The notes under the pieces were generated by a model that worked only from the letters and a program-made list of their open reading frames with translations, was not told where the DNA came from and did no database searches. Position numbers and translations under genes: made by a program. A stretch of DNA of 64,000 nucleotides. Source: Carpediemonas membranifera BICM. Lineage: Eukaryota; Protista; Fornicata. The stretch lies in NCBI GenBank assembly GCA_019828565.1, contig JAHDYR010000009.1, positions 1 through 64,000 of the forward strand, written 5' to 3'. This document shows, piece after piece, positions 22,201 to 33,118 of this stretch (its first letter is position 1; the number at the start of each line of letters is the position of its first letter).

Positions 22201-23620
22201 GACGTGGACACGTCGGTCACCGAGACCATCCGCCAGGCCCAGCAACGAGTTCCGACCGCCGAGAGAGACAGCTGGGCCGGCCCACACTTCACGATCGCGG
22301 GGGGAATCGTCAAGAAGGACGGACGTTTCCTCGTCCCGAGCACCGCAGCCGAGCTGAAGAGCTCCATCTTCGCCGACGCCCACCGCTACCATCAAGGCGA
22401 GAGGACCACGGTCGAGAACATACATGGCCTCTCCCTGACCTGGATCGGGATCCACGACGACGTCGCCACCCGAATCCGGCACTGCGTTCTCTGTCAGAAG
22501 ACCCGCCTCAACAACTTCATGAAGCGGTCGCTCCACACGACCATGACGACAACGCCTTTTCACACGGTCGCCATCGACACCGTGGGCCCACTCTCCCTAG
22601 ACTCACAGGGTAACCGCTACATCTTCGTCATGACAGACCTCTTCACGAGGTGGACCGAGCTGGTAGCAGCCCCGTCCAATGGCGCCCAGCCAGCCGCCTA
22701 TGCGCTCTGGCACGGCGTGTTCTGCCGGCACGGCCTTCCGGCCAACATCCTCAGCGACAACGGCACGGAATATGTCAACCGCGACATCCAGGAGCTGACC
22801 GCGTACCTCAAGGTGTCCCACCACCGCACGATCCCATATCACCCGGCCAGCAACGGCCTCGTGGAGCGCCGGAATAAGGAAATCAAGCGGCACCTCCGTC
22901 CTGTGCGCCTTATTCGACCAGTTTGACCGATGGTCGGTCGCCGTGCTCCCCTACGTGCAGCTCCTACTGAACACGACGCCACACACCACGACCGGCTTTG
23001 CACCAATGGCCATGTTGAACGGCCTACAGGCGACCCCGCGTCGATTCGCCCTCGAGGGGGAAGAGCAAGCCGAACAGCCAGACGACCCGATCACCGACGC
23101 GGCCGCCTACGTCCAAGCCCTGGACGAACACCTACAGTCAGTCGCCGAGCGAGCCGCTGACTCACAGGCGGACCATCTGCGCCGCCGCAAGATCACTCCA
23201 GACGACCCAGTCGCACCTGGCGATATCGTCCTGGCCCTGAACCCACGGCCGTCCAAGCTGCACGGCCACCTTGGCCCGTTCAAGGTCCTCGCAGTGCGCG
23301 ACCACCACGCCATCAGCATCTCGCCACTGCTTGGCGGCGAGGAGAAGGTCATCCACGCCGATCAGGCAATCCGAGTCGAGGCCACCGAGCCCAACGGCCA
23401 ACTGGCCGCTCTCCAGGCCGGTGACGCCGAGGAGTACTACGTCGAAGCCATCCTGGGCGTCAATGAAGCCGATCCCAGCCACCTTATCGTCAAGTGGCTC
23501 GGCTACGACGAGACTTCCAGCGAGGGTCCGGACAACGAGTCCGTCATGGCAGCCGTACCCACCCGTGAGTGGCTGCAGCGGACTCGGGAGGGCAGGATGT
23601 ACCAGCAGAGGTACCTATAA
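19237..23620 (+). pseudogene. gag-pol: Element E single-frame gag-pol with one nonsense codon and one frameshift
   Basis: Gag, PR (VDPGA) and RT in one frame. TAA 21316-21318 falls in the FQR motif. YVDD, LETDAS, VAIDTVGP/SDNG/VERRN. Frameshift near 22900. Chromodomain EYYVEAILG..LIVKWLGY. Stop inside the 3' LTR. Confidence 0.9.
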
Positions 23621-23670
23621 GTGCAGTTTATGTAAACACATCCATTCTCTTCACGCTTAGGGCTCCCACA
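23598..23670 (+). repeat. 3' LTR of element E (73 bp)
   Basis: Direct repeat of 19150-19220, followed by TSD CAAG. Confidence 0.93.
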
Positions 23671-23776
23671 CAAGGAGCAAAGAGAAGCTTCGAGAGGAGA
23701 AAGGGGAGTGTCATGGATTAGACCACCCATGATTTACATAGTTACATGAGCCTATATATTGTGCAGGATATGCACC

Positions 23777-24040
23777 TTAGTAAAAGATTCCTGAACTAGG
23801 CTTAGTACGCCACAGCTCCTGCTCGTTACGTGCATTGTTTCTTTCTTGTACAACTCGTTGAGATGCCTCGGGCTGTGCCGCAACGGGGCACTTGGCTCGA
23901 TTATGTCCATAGGCACCACACGCGGCGCATCGTCTCTTCTTCTTGTTTGTGAAGATCACTGATGCTCTAATTGTTTCCTTCACACACTCTGTAAAGAGAT
24001 CTGGGTTTGTTATAAGACGTTCTACGTCCTTCTGATTCAT
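23777..24040 (-). CDS. Small CCHC zinc-knuckle protein, possibly 3'-truncated by the retrotransposon nest
   Basis: KKKRRCAACGAYGHNRAKCP; ATG at 24040, divergent from FCP1. Confidence 0.45.
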   Translation of the reverse strand: MNQKDVERLITNPDLFTECVKETIRASVIFTNKKKRRCAACGAYGHNRAKCPVAAQPEASQRVVQERNNARNEQELWRTKPSSGIFY

Positions 24041-24165
24041 TGCACGATTACGATAAGCGCCCTCGCGCTTGCGCAAAATTAGCTAATTTATGCTCGCCGC
24101 GTAATTTATGGTGAGATTAGCGATACATGAGATAAATCGCAACACAACGACAAGACCAAGACCAT

Positions 24166-25692
24166 ATGCCTTCAAGCGCCCTGGAAGTGCGAAAAGCCAC
24201 ACCAGTCAAGGCCGAAAAGCGCGATAATCAGAGCCAAGAGTCGTGCGAGCACGCAATGCTGACGGCAAGCGGCATGTGCACGTCCTGCGGGAAAGTCATG
24301 CCAAAGCAAGTGAAGCGCCGTCGTTCCATCGTAGTTGACGGCGAGAAGATGTATATAACGAATGAAGGAGCCACTATGATCTCCAAATCCCGCTCAGAAC
24401 ATCTCAAATCGGAGAAGAAGCTCGCCATAGTCCTCGACCTCGACCACACCTTCGTCCACACCGTCGACGGCCGCGGATCACTGGTATCGCTCATTGAGCA
24501 GCGCTGGGGCGATGCCAAGGAGGATGATCAGACATTCACGAAGGCCCGAAAGCCTGTGCTGATCACATACACGACGGAGTGGTTCGAGACGAAGGTCGAG
24601 AGCACCATCACGGCCAAGTGCTTCGGTCTCATGTGCATCAGGCCTGGCACCAAGGAGTTCCTGGCGGAGCTGTCCAAGAAGTACCATGTCTTCGCCTTCT
24701 CCCAGGGCATCCGCGTCTACGTTAACGCCGTCCTCGACAAGCTGACTGACGGCGAGTCTGTCTGCATCAACAGCGCGGACATCTTCGCCCGGGACTCGTC
24801 CAATGCAATGAGCAAGAAGACGCAGGACCGCATCTTCCCGAACCTGGGGGACTCTGAGTCTCTCGCCCTTGTCCTCGACGACCGCACGGACGTGTGGGAG
24901 GGCCACTCGAACGTCATCAAGGTCGAGCCATACACATTCCTGTCACCTGACGCCATGCGCCCGTATAATGCGAATTTCGCGGCACAACTGGCCGCTTTTT
25001 ACGACGCCGAGATTCGGCCAACCAACCCGCGACATGACTTCTGGAACAGCGGGTCGACGGTCACGCCGCCCGTGCCATGCAAACAGGAAGTATCTCTTTT
25101 CGACGACCTCGCTGCATCTGATCACGAGATTGAGAAGATCAAGCGTAATCTTTTTGACGATTCCCGGATCCACTCCCTCTTTGACTCCGACTCCGAGCCC
25201 GATTCCGACTCCGAGGCCCCCGCCCTGACCGGCCCCCGCCCCTTTGCCCCATACCGCCGCCGCCCGACGCTGTACCACCTGAACCAGTACGCGGCCAAGC
25301 ACGGCGAGACCGAGGCCATGGACGCCCAGCTCAGCGCCCTCCTCGGGGTCCTTGGGGACGTCCACGCGGCGTACTACATGGACCCTGAGGCTGGGTCAGT
25401 CCCCGCCCTGCTGGAGGCAAGGTTCAAGGAGGTCCTACAGGGCACCAGGGTCGCATTCCACCCGGTCACTGCGGCGGGGGGCAGTGCCGCTGAGGTACAC
25501 CAGCTGGTAGAGGTGTTCGGCGGCGTCGTCGTGGCGGGGTCGGATCCCACCCTCACCCACTGGGTCGGCGAGCGGGGGGCTCTCAGACCGAGCTCCCTGC
25601 CGGATGGGGCGCATGCTGTCACTGTCGACTGGCTGTTCTACAGCTGTTGGCTGTGGCGTCGCCAGCCTGAGACGCGTTTCTCTGCCGCATGA
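24166..25692 (+). CDS. FCP1: RNA polymerase II CTD phosphatase (FCP1-like; HAD domain plus BRCT)
   Basis: N-terminal CEH..GMCTSCG, LVLDLDHT-type DxDxT motif, RPG..EFL, LDDRTDVW..NVIKVEPY, C-terminal BRCT (THWV..VTVDWL). Confidence 0.88.
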   Translation: MPSSALEVRKATPVKAEKRDNQSQESCEHAMLTASGMCTSCGKVMPKQVKRRRSIVVDGEKMYITNEGATMISKSRSEHLKSEKKLAIVLDLDHTFVHTVDGRGSLVSLIEQRWGDAKEDDQTFTKARKPVLITYTTEWFETKVESTITAKCFGLMCIRPGTKEFLAELSKKYHVFAFSQGIRVYVNAVLDKLTDGESVCINSADIFARDSSNAMSKKTQDRIFPNLGDSESLALVLDDRTDVWEGHSNVIKVEPYTFLSPDAMRPYNANFAAQLAAFYDAEIRPTNPRHDFWNSGSTVTPPVPCKQEVSLFDDLAASDHEIEKIKRNLFDDSRIHSLFDSDSEPDSDSEAPALTGPRPFAPYRRRPTLYHLNQYAAKHGETEAMDAQLSALLGVLGDVHAAYYMDPEAGSVPALLEARFKEVLQGTRVAFHPVTAAGGSAAEVHQLVEVFGGVVVAGSDPTLTHWVGERGALRPSSLPDGAHAVTVDWLFYSCWLWRRQPETRFSAA

Positions 25693-25952
25693 TTGGCAAA
25701 GCCGGTGTACGGATGTTATCATACGAAAGACTTCGTGTCTGTATAAAGTAGTACCTTATCTACAACAGCGATGGGACGGGGATCAAGAGGGGCAACGCGC
25801 TTCCAGAATACGTTGAGCTTCTGTCGCTCAACATGAGCGCGCTGTCCCACTGACACGCATCTTAGACCCCTGCGACTAACACTACCTGCATATGGCGCCC
25901 GGTGTATCTGCCGCAGTTTAAGGATCCGGATTCCGCGCCTGGCGCGCAAGAT

Positions 25953-27854
25953 ATGAACAAAGACGCATTAGAGTTTTTAGTGACGTGCATTGAGTGGACA
26001 GGTAACCCACATAGCCAGCATGCACGTTCTATGGCAAAAACCATTGAGCAGCTATGGAATCAAGGCCAAACAACTACAGTTGCCCAGATAACGCATCTGG
26101 CAGGACCAAATCTTGTCCTGGGATACAAGAAGCTTGGAAAGAGGCTTCATTCAAACGAAGAGTCGATAATTGTTGATGTACGCGATGCCTTTGGCCTTCT
26201 TTGCCTCATCCTTCCCCGCTGCTCCAATCCTGAGGGCCTCGTACGCTCCATAGCACTCTTTGGACGCAATGGACTTATATACAAAGCACTTGCCTTCCTC
26301 GGAGATATTTCCCGTCGCTTCCAGCCCTCCAGGGAGCAGCCCTACACCGCCTTGGCCTTTGAGACACTCAGCGGGTACATCCCCGCCCTCGCCAAGGAGG
26401 CCCTGCACTTAGTACTCGAGGCGGCGTGCATGTCGTGCCGCTGCCAGGGTGGGTCTGTTCAGGACGACCAACTGCTGGGGCTGCTGAGGGAAATGGCCAG
26501 GTCTGCGTCGGACAGACGGAGTCGGGCCGCGGTGATGATCTCTGCGCTTATATCCAGGCTGAAGACGGTGCCCAGCTTCACCCCGACACTCCCGTCGCCC
26601 CGCGTGAGTCTGGACCCGCCTTCTTTCGAGGACCCGACACTACGAGACCCGGAGACGTGCAAGAAGAGGCAGAAGGACGTAGTTGAGAAGGCCACTGAGC
26701 GAAACAGGGAGGCGGTGGAGCGGAAGCGAGAGCAGCGCCACGCCAAGGACCTTGCGGCCATGGCCAGGACCGCGGACCGACTCAAAGACGAGCGGCAGGC
26801 CGAGGAGAACGCCATGCAGGAGGAGTCGAGACGGACCCGGCTCAGGGTTGTGGAGGAGCAGATCGCCGCCGCGGAGGCCGAGGCGGCCGCAGATAAGGCG
26901 CAGCACCTGACTCAGCGCAGGGCATGCGAGGTCCTGGACGCACACCAGCAGGCCATGGCAGCTGTTAGAGAGGCCGATACCGCGGAGAGGTTGAAGCCAG
27001 ATCCCCGTCGCGAACAGGTGCGGGCGATCGCTGAGGAAAACAGGGTGGATGCCGCAGAGCAGGCGGCAATCAAACAGCTGGCAGCACTGTTGCTAGACAC
27101 AACTATGGCCAGATCTGATGCCACGCCGCTCGGTCCAGACGGCCGTGCTGTCGGTGCTGAGACGGCTCTCATCTTCTCGAAACAGGTGGAAGAAGAAATG
27201 AAAGCATCAAATGCCCGCCACGAGGCGACAGACGCTGCCATTCAGGACAACGCCGCGGCCATCATGGAGGTGCGGGCGAGGGCGCGCTCAGTCCAGGAGC
27301 TCCACGGCCGTCTGGCAGCGGACAGGCTTCGGACCAACAAGGAGGCTGCCAGGAGCATACGGGCGCCTAGGAAGCAGCCGACCATGGCGGCGGGAACTAG
27401 CAGCTGGGGCCGTGTGGGCTTTGAGGCCGATGAGGAGATCATCGCGCCTCGTCCAAACCTGGATGATCAAAATGACGATCTCAACTCAGATTCCGACTCC
27501 GACTCCGTGGACCCTAGACTTCTACACGAGCCGGAGTCTGTCCCATCTCCGGACTACCCTGCCTCAATCCGCGAGCCCCTCGACCGGAGTCCCAACCGGA
27601 ACCCGCCCCGACCCCTCCGTCCAGTCGGCGATAGTCATATGATCCCATCCATGCCCCTGTTGGACGACCCGGAGTCAGAGGCGGACGAGGTTAGTGAGTT
27701 GCGGTTGAGGATGATTCCTGTGACTGGCGAGGACGGTGGGGTTGAGATGGATGACCTGGACTTGACGCCGGACGACATGAGCCTGTCTGACTCGGTGATC
27801 AGCACGTTGTCGCCGTACATGACGCCAGGCATGAGGAAGGGAAAGTCGCCATAG
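25953..27854 (+). CDS. Hypothetical protein with a long coiled-coil and acidic tail
   Basis: Long ORF of about 630 aa with an E/R/A-rich helical middle; start uncertain. Confidence 0.65.
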   Translation: MNKDALEFLVTCIEWTGNPHSQHARSMAKTIEQLWNQGQTTTVAQITHLAGPNLVLGYKKLGKRLHSNEESIIVDVRDAFGLLCLILPRCSNPEGLVRSIALFGRNGLIYKALAFLGDISRRFQPSREQPYTALAFETLSGYIPALAKEALHLVLEAACMSCRCQGGSVQDDQLLGLLREMARSASDRRSRAAVMISALISRLKTVPSFTPTLPSPRVSLDPPSFEDPTLRDPETCKKRQKDVVEKATERNREAVERKREQRHAKDLAAMARTADRLKDERQAEENAMQEESRRTRLRVVEEQIAAAEAEAAADKAQHLTQRRACEVLDAHQQAMAAVREADTAERLKPDPRREQVRAIAEENRVDAAEQAAIKQLAALLLDTTMARSDATPLGPDGRAVGAETALIFSKQVEEEMKASNARHEATDAAIQDNAAAIMEVRARARSVQELHGRLAADRLRTNKEAARSIRAPRKQPTMAAGTSSWGRVGFEADEEIIAPRPNLDDQNDDLNSDSDSDSVDPRLLHEPESVPSPDYPASIREPLDRSPNRNPPRPLRPVGDSHMIPSMPLLDDPESEADEVSELRLRMIPVTGEDGGVEMDDLDLTPDDMSLSDSVISTLSPYMTPGMRKGKSP

Positions 27855-28148
27855 TGGTAGGCCCATTACACGCGTAAACAGGGAATTGAAAGGGTGGCCT
27901 CAATTGAGTTTAGAGTTTATTGTTCATGATGGTGCCCAGGCTTGTCGGCGAGGCGCAGTCGACTGCAGCACTAGACTCAGCTTGGTGGGCATGTGGACGA
28001 GCTCACATATGGGTCCAGAAATCCTAGGAATCCATGTCCTAGAGAGAGCATCGGCCTGTCGCTCCCAAGCCACTGAGTTGTGTCCGTGCTACTGTGAGTG
28101 AGAATGGTTTGGTGCAGGTTAAGGTTCATTGATTTGACATTTGGCCAA

Positions 28149-28538
28149 ATGGAAGCTCCTGCACTTAACAAGCGGTTTATGAATGTGAACCCTGAAGAGA
28201 CACACCTTGATTTCTTCAAGACTGGACCGGTACGAATCGCTGGCTTCACAGAGAACACAGTTGACCTGAAATTGCCAAACCAGCTTGCTTCCTTTGAACA
28301 AAAGTGTGACAGTGCTGCTATGCGCCTTGGTATTCACATGGCTGATCGTATGAAGATGGATCGTGCGATGCTCAGCAAGATCCAGCCCTTCACTCTCGAT
28401 CGCCAGGCCATTGGCGGCGCTCAGACAATCCTCGAGGATCGCCAGGACCTCCTCCGCATGGAAGACTTCTCCCTTGACTCTATGGAGAACCTCAGGGACC
28501 ACAGAGAGAGGCTGGAGGCCCGGGCCGGCCTGCTGTAA
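28149..28538 (+). CDS. UMP1: Proteasome maturation factor UMP1/POMP
   Basis: 129 aa. LGIHMADRMKMDR..ILEDRQDLLRMEDF..LEARAGLL parallels the POMP pattern GLHAPLKLQME..VLRGNDETIGFED..VEYKLGLL. Confidence 0.7.
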   Translation: MEAPALNKRFMNVNPEETHLDFFKTGPVRIAGFTENTVDLKLPNQLASFEQKCDSAAMRLGIHMADRMKMDRAMLSKIQPFTLDRQAIGGAQTILEDRQDLLRMEDFSLDSMENLRDHRERLEARAGLL

Positions 28539-28694
28539 ATATCTTAGACGGGCGGTCTCGCTGCGGTGTGGGAGTGGAGTGAAAGGCGTTGGGTAGGCTA
28601 GTAGGCGGTTATGTTGCCTGAAGAAGGTCTTGGGAAGATGACTCGGCCACAGTCGATTGACAAGCCAGCACATTCGAAAGCGCTAAACAAACAA

Positions 28695-29326
28695 ATGAAG
28701 CTTTCAGCCATAGTTCTGATACTCTGCGTTACTGCATACGTTTCAGCACTGTCCTTTGAAGTTGGAGCGAACCGTATGGAATGCTTCTTTGAGGACTACG
28801 AGATCGGACAGGTAGTTTCCGGGTCCTGGCACGTTCTTTCCGGTGGTACTCTCGATATGGACATGAAGGTTCGTCAATTGCATACAGTTTTCTTATTCAG
28901 ATCACAACCCCTAGCGAATTCACGAAGTATGATAACCGCGGCGACAACACTGGCTCTTTCAACTTCGTGGCTGACGAGGCCGGGACCTACCGGTTCTGCT
29001 TCATCAACACTATGCACAACACTGCCAACAAGCTCGTTATCTTCAACATTGAGCAGAAGAAGGCGAAGAAGGCCGCCGCCACTCGTGACGACCTCACCCC
29101 CCTCGAGGACTCCATCGTTCGCCTCTCCGAGACTCTCAGCGCTGTCCAGTCCGAGCAGAGGTACCTTAGGCAGCGTGAGAAGCGCCACCGCATCATCACG
29201 GACTCCACTAACCGCCGCATCCTGTTGTGGTCCATGATCCAGACCTTTGCCCTCCTCCTCACAGCGGCATGGCAGGTGTTCTATATCCGCAAGTTCTTCA
29301 GCAGGAGCCGGAAGACCAGCATCTAA
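28695..29326 (+). CDS. p24/emp24/TMED GOLD-domain cargo receptor; intron 28869-28900
   Basis: Signal peptide, ECFFE, GTYRFCF, coiled coil, STNRRILLWS, TM segment ending QVFYIRKFF. The 32-nt GT..AG intron joins the two frames. Confidence 0.92.
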
Positions 29327-29489
29327 GTCGACATATAAACCAACAACTCAGCGACGGGCGTGGGTACCGGGGCTTTAATGACTGCTGAGGCGTTTAGTGT
29401 CGGTTGGGGTGAGTGCTGCTGCATTTATGTGTTACATGGAGTGGACTATTTCCCGGTTGGAGACAACGAACGAAAGGCGGCAGAAATTG

Positions 29490-30906
29490 ATGCAAGCAGA
29501 GGATACACTGCTTCGAGATGATTCTCACAGAGCCATGATCGGTCTTATTACGAAATATAGTGTCCTTGCCGGCGAATCCGCCGTTCTTTTCGGTGATCTG
29601 AACTCTAGGGCCGAAACTTCGCTTACAAGCTTAGAAACTCTCACAGGGAACGTGGAAGCCCTCAAACAGACCGTTTCAAAGCCTTCTTTCGGCCAAGTGG
29701 AGCGTCTTGCCGAGGACCCCCCACTGGACCTCAACTATATCACTGCCGACACAAGGCCGCTAAGCATCGAGGGTCTCCTCGAGAAATGTCCGCCGATGCC
29801 AGAATTCGAGCTGTTTGACGATCTCATGGAGCTCGAGACACCCAGTAAGATCAGATTCTCGAACCCGGACTTCTTCTTCCAGTGCTGGCTCGAGGAGCAG
29901 ATGGCCATTCAGGAGAAGAGCAAGCGCAAACAACGCAAGTCCCGCAAGAGACGCCAGAAGATCGCGGCGGCCGAACCGGCACCGCCCCAGCCCGCCCCCA
30001 CACCAGCTCCCCCGTCAGCACCTGTCCCACCCCCGCCTCCCCAGCCCGGCGCCATGGCAATCTCTCCCAACGCTCCCCCACCGCCGCCGATGCCGCGTAA
30101 GATCATGCCGAACCCGCCCCGAGTCACCCCGGCAGAGGACACGAGCCCACCGCCAGACATGCCGCCCGCACGCCCTAGCCACCCCATTCCGATGTCGACT
30201 GACAATTTGCCGGACGTGCCCCCTCCTATGCCGCCGTCTTCGCCCCCCGGCGGCCTACCACCCCCGGCCCCGGCCCCGATGCCGGTCGACCTCCCCCAGC
30301 GCCAGACGGACCTCCGCCGGGTCTCCCCCGTCACCGCCGTCTGGCCCCCCGCCCCCGCCACCCGGCTTCCTTCCCACGCCGCCCATAGGACCGCCACCCA
30401 CCGACTCGCCGCCAGTCGGGATCCCAGCCCCGCCAGGGCCACCCTTGCCCCCGCCAGCTCCGAAGCCGCCAGCCCCAGCTCCTCCCGCGATGCCGTCCAC
30501 GGGCACGCCATCCGCACCGAAGCCTGCGCCGGCCCCCGACCGCGCCTCGTTCCTGGACCAAATCAAGGCAGGAAAATCACTCAAGCCTGTGTCGGCCACA
30601 CCACCGACAGCCCCGCCTCCGCCAGTCGCCCCGCGCGGGCCTGGAGCACCACCGCCACCCCGGCCAGGGCCAGCGTCCAACGGCCCAAGCACTCCTGCAC
30701 CCGCCCCAGTTGACTTCCTCGCCCAGATTAAGCAAGGGTTCAAGCTTAAGCCGGTCAAGAAGGAGGAGCTCGAGAAGCCGAAGCCGAAGGCCAACGATAT
30801 GGCGTCGATCCTGTCACAGACGCTGGCAATGAAGCGGGCAGCCATCATGGGAGACGACGACGATGACAGTGACAGCGACAGCGATTGGAGTTCCGACGAG
30901 GAGTAA
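29490..30906 (+). CDS. SCAR/WAVE-family Arp2/3 activator with two WH2 domains; apparent +1 frameshift near 30300
   Basis: FSNPDFFFQCWLEEQ (SCAR homology), basic stretch, polyproline, WH2 motifs FLDQIKAGKSLKPV and FLAQIKQGFKLKPV, central helix, acidic tail with Trp (DSDWSSDEE). Confidence 0.85.
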
Positions 30907-31163
30907 ATGTACTGTACGGTCTTCAATGATCGACCCACCCCATGGTGCGTTGGGACACACTGCAGCCAGTCAGGCGGATCTGCTACGCACCAGACGTATA
31001 CTGTACGCTGCAACTCTCCTCTACGCACCATCCATGTAATGTGTCAATCAATCGATCTCGCCGTCGCCTAGACCTTCTTGGAGCTAGAACCTCGTCATGC
31101 GTGGTGAAATTGACTCTGGGGCGAAGTCTGAACTCCACAACTGCTTGCAAAATTGTGCAGTTT

Positions 31164-32801
31164 ATGCGAGAACATCCCCCGGCCGAGAACAACATGGACG
31201 GTGGTTTTGAAACTGATCGTGCCGATTTACGAAAGGCATGGGATGAGTTCTTGATGTCGGACAACCATTCTCCCGAACTAATCAGGCCAAAGCCCGAAAT
31301 CCCAACACAAGACGGCAAAAAATCGGTACAACTGCAGCTATACGAGGAAGCAAAGGAGAGGGAAGCGCGTCGCATGGAGTTGAAGAAGAAGGTCGAAGCA
31401 GATGAGTCGAAACCCAAGTTCCGCGTCTCTAACGAGTCCACAAGAATGGCGACCCGCAAGTTCAAACGGGATGCGATTAAGTCATTCGCGAAGTTCGCAG
31501 TTGCCCCTATCGACGACCTCGACGACAAGGCTGTCTGCTACGACGAGCTAATGTCGATCCTCCACGAGCTGGGCTACTGGCGCTCCCAGCCCACAGATAA
31601 CCTTTCGATGACTGAGACCAAGCTCTTCACGGAGCTGACCAACGTCCTAGACCCGTTTAGCGAACTCACTATCAGTTTCCGCAAGTTTGATGAGTTTGTG
31701 GACGCCATTATCGCCATCAAGTTCGGCGGCGACATGCCTGACCGTATCCCCGGCCGTAAGACCCTAGCCGACATTGCCCACGCCATTTTCCAGTACGGCG
31801 AGTCGTCCCGCCTGACATACCGCCCTAAAACTGCACCCAGAGTCGAGGAGCTTCCCTTCAGGCCGACCATCAACCCCAAGAGCGCGACGATCCTCAACAG
31901 CTCTGCACGCCGTGCCCCCAAGACCACGATGGAGCAGCGCTACCACGAGCTCATGGAGAACCAGCGGAAGCGGGAGGAGAAGCTTGAAGAGAAGCGCCGC
32001 GAGAAGGAGGAGGCCGAGCTCGCCAAGTGCTCTTTCCACCCCGACACGTGCCGGGGCCCCACCACTGGCGCCAACCGGGCCAAGAAGTCCGCCCATCTTC
32101 GGCTATTCCAGCTGGCCGCCCAGGAGGACAGGACTGTCGACAACGAGGAGCTCAAGACAGAGGCCAAGGAGCTCAGGCAGTGCACTTTTAAGCCCCATAT
32201 CCGCAAGGACGTGCATGTGCCCCGGCCAAGCCACGTGCCCCGGGGGTTCGAGGAGTCTGTGGAGCGGGCCAAGCGGGCTAGGAGGGAGAAGGAACGCGTG
32301 CAGTCCGAGCTCTCGAGGCCGCAGTACACGGACGAGTCGTACCGCCGCTCCCTGAAGTTCAGACAGTCGTCCGAGTTCAAATTTGCCTCCAAGCGGCGCG
32401 CCTCCGAGCGGAAGAGCAACTCTGCGCTGTTGTACATTGACGTCAACCTCCCCAACGGCAGGAGCGGACGGATCGGTATCCACAAGGGGGATGACCCTGC
32501 CCACCTCGCCAAGTCCTTTGCTGATGTTTATAAGCTCGACAGGACGACTCGGATGCGACTCCAGGAATTGGTTGAGGAGCACGTCGCTAGGTTCCTGCCT
32601 GATCACGTCATGCTGGGTGACAGCGAGGGCATGCACGGCATCGACGACGCGCAGGATTATGAGGAGTCGCCGCAGTTTAATGACCCTGGACACGGGTATG
32701 CCAGGGAGCCGATGGCGGAGCCTGCGGAGGTGCCTGCGGGGAATGAGCAGTACGACTTCGCTGATGAGCCCGCCGAGTATGATGATGGCGTGGATTTGTA
32801 G
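31164..32801 (+). CDS. Hypothetical coiled-coil protein with repeated (C/P)xFxP motifs, possibly microtubule-associated
   Basis: Long ORF with LPFRPTIN, CSFHPD and CTFKPHI repeats and a C-terminal LLYIDVNL..GRIGIHKGDDP domain. Start at 31164 or 31194. Confidence 0.7.
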   Translation: MREHPPAENNMDGGFETDRADLRKAWDEFLMSDNHSPELIRPKPEIPTQDGKKSVQLQLYEEAKEREARRMELKKKVEADESKPKFRVSNESTRMATRKFKRDAIKSFAKFAVAPIDDLDDKAVCYDELMSILHELGYWRSQPTDNLSMTETKLFTELTNVLDPFSELTISFRKFDEFVDAIIAIKFGGDMPDRIPGRKTLADIAHAIFQYGESSRLTYRPKTAPRVEELPFRPTINPKSATILNSSARRAPKTTMEQRYHELMENQRKREEKLEEKRREKEEAELAKCSFHPDTCRGPTTGANRAKKSAHLRLFQLAAQEDRTVDNEELKTEAKELRQCTFKPHIRKDVHVPRPSHVPRGFEESVERAKRARREKERVQSELSRPQYTDESYRRSLKFRQSSEFKFASKRRASERKSNSALLYIDVNLPNGRSGRIGIHKGDDPAHLAKSFADVYKLDRTTRMRLQELVEEHVARFLPDHVMLGDSEGMHGIDDAQDYEESPQFNDPGHGYAREPMAEPAEVPAGNEQYDFADEPAEYDDGVDL

Positions 32802-33118
32802 GGTAAATTTGTCACAGTATGCGACCGGGCGGCTGGGGTGCGGATTTGAAGACGAAGAAGGGAGACGAGGCGTGCGTGAAACTGCGAAGTTACTTACTAA
32901 ACTGCACCCCGCCAGAGCTAGAGGATGATGTCAATTTCACTGTCAAATCTCCTTTGAGATGGATACACGATCCAAGATCACCCGAAAATGTTGATGTACT
33001 ATCAAGCTGACAGTCGCATTGCGGGCCGATTGATGTCCTAAACCTATGATCGCACTAGATTCGTTGAAGACCGAGTCGATCTGATGGGATCATTTTCAGG
33101 CCAGAATCGGGAGCATCG

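Larger units (their letters stand above)
19150..23670 (+). mobile_element. Complete Ty3/Gypsy chromodomain LTR retrotransposon E (4521 bp)
   Basis: LTRs 19150-19220 (71 bp) and 23598-23670 (73 bp) differ only by a 2-nt indel. TSD CAAG (19146-19149 and 23671-23674). PPT GGGAGGGCAGGA 23586-23597. Confidence 0.95.
18337..23814 (+). mobile_element. Degenerate 3' end of an older Gypsy element F, interrupted by element E
   Basis: Integrase C-terminal-like remnant (VNQLIDFDG, ~18445-18470). Purine tract GAGGAGAAAGGGGAG directly before TGTCATGG at 23709, whose start resembles the LTR of C (ACCCA..ATTTACATAGT.ACAT). Right end 23814 is a guess. Confidence 0.45.
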
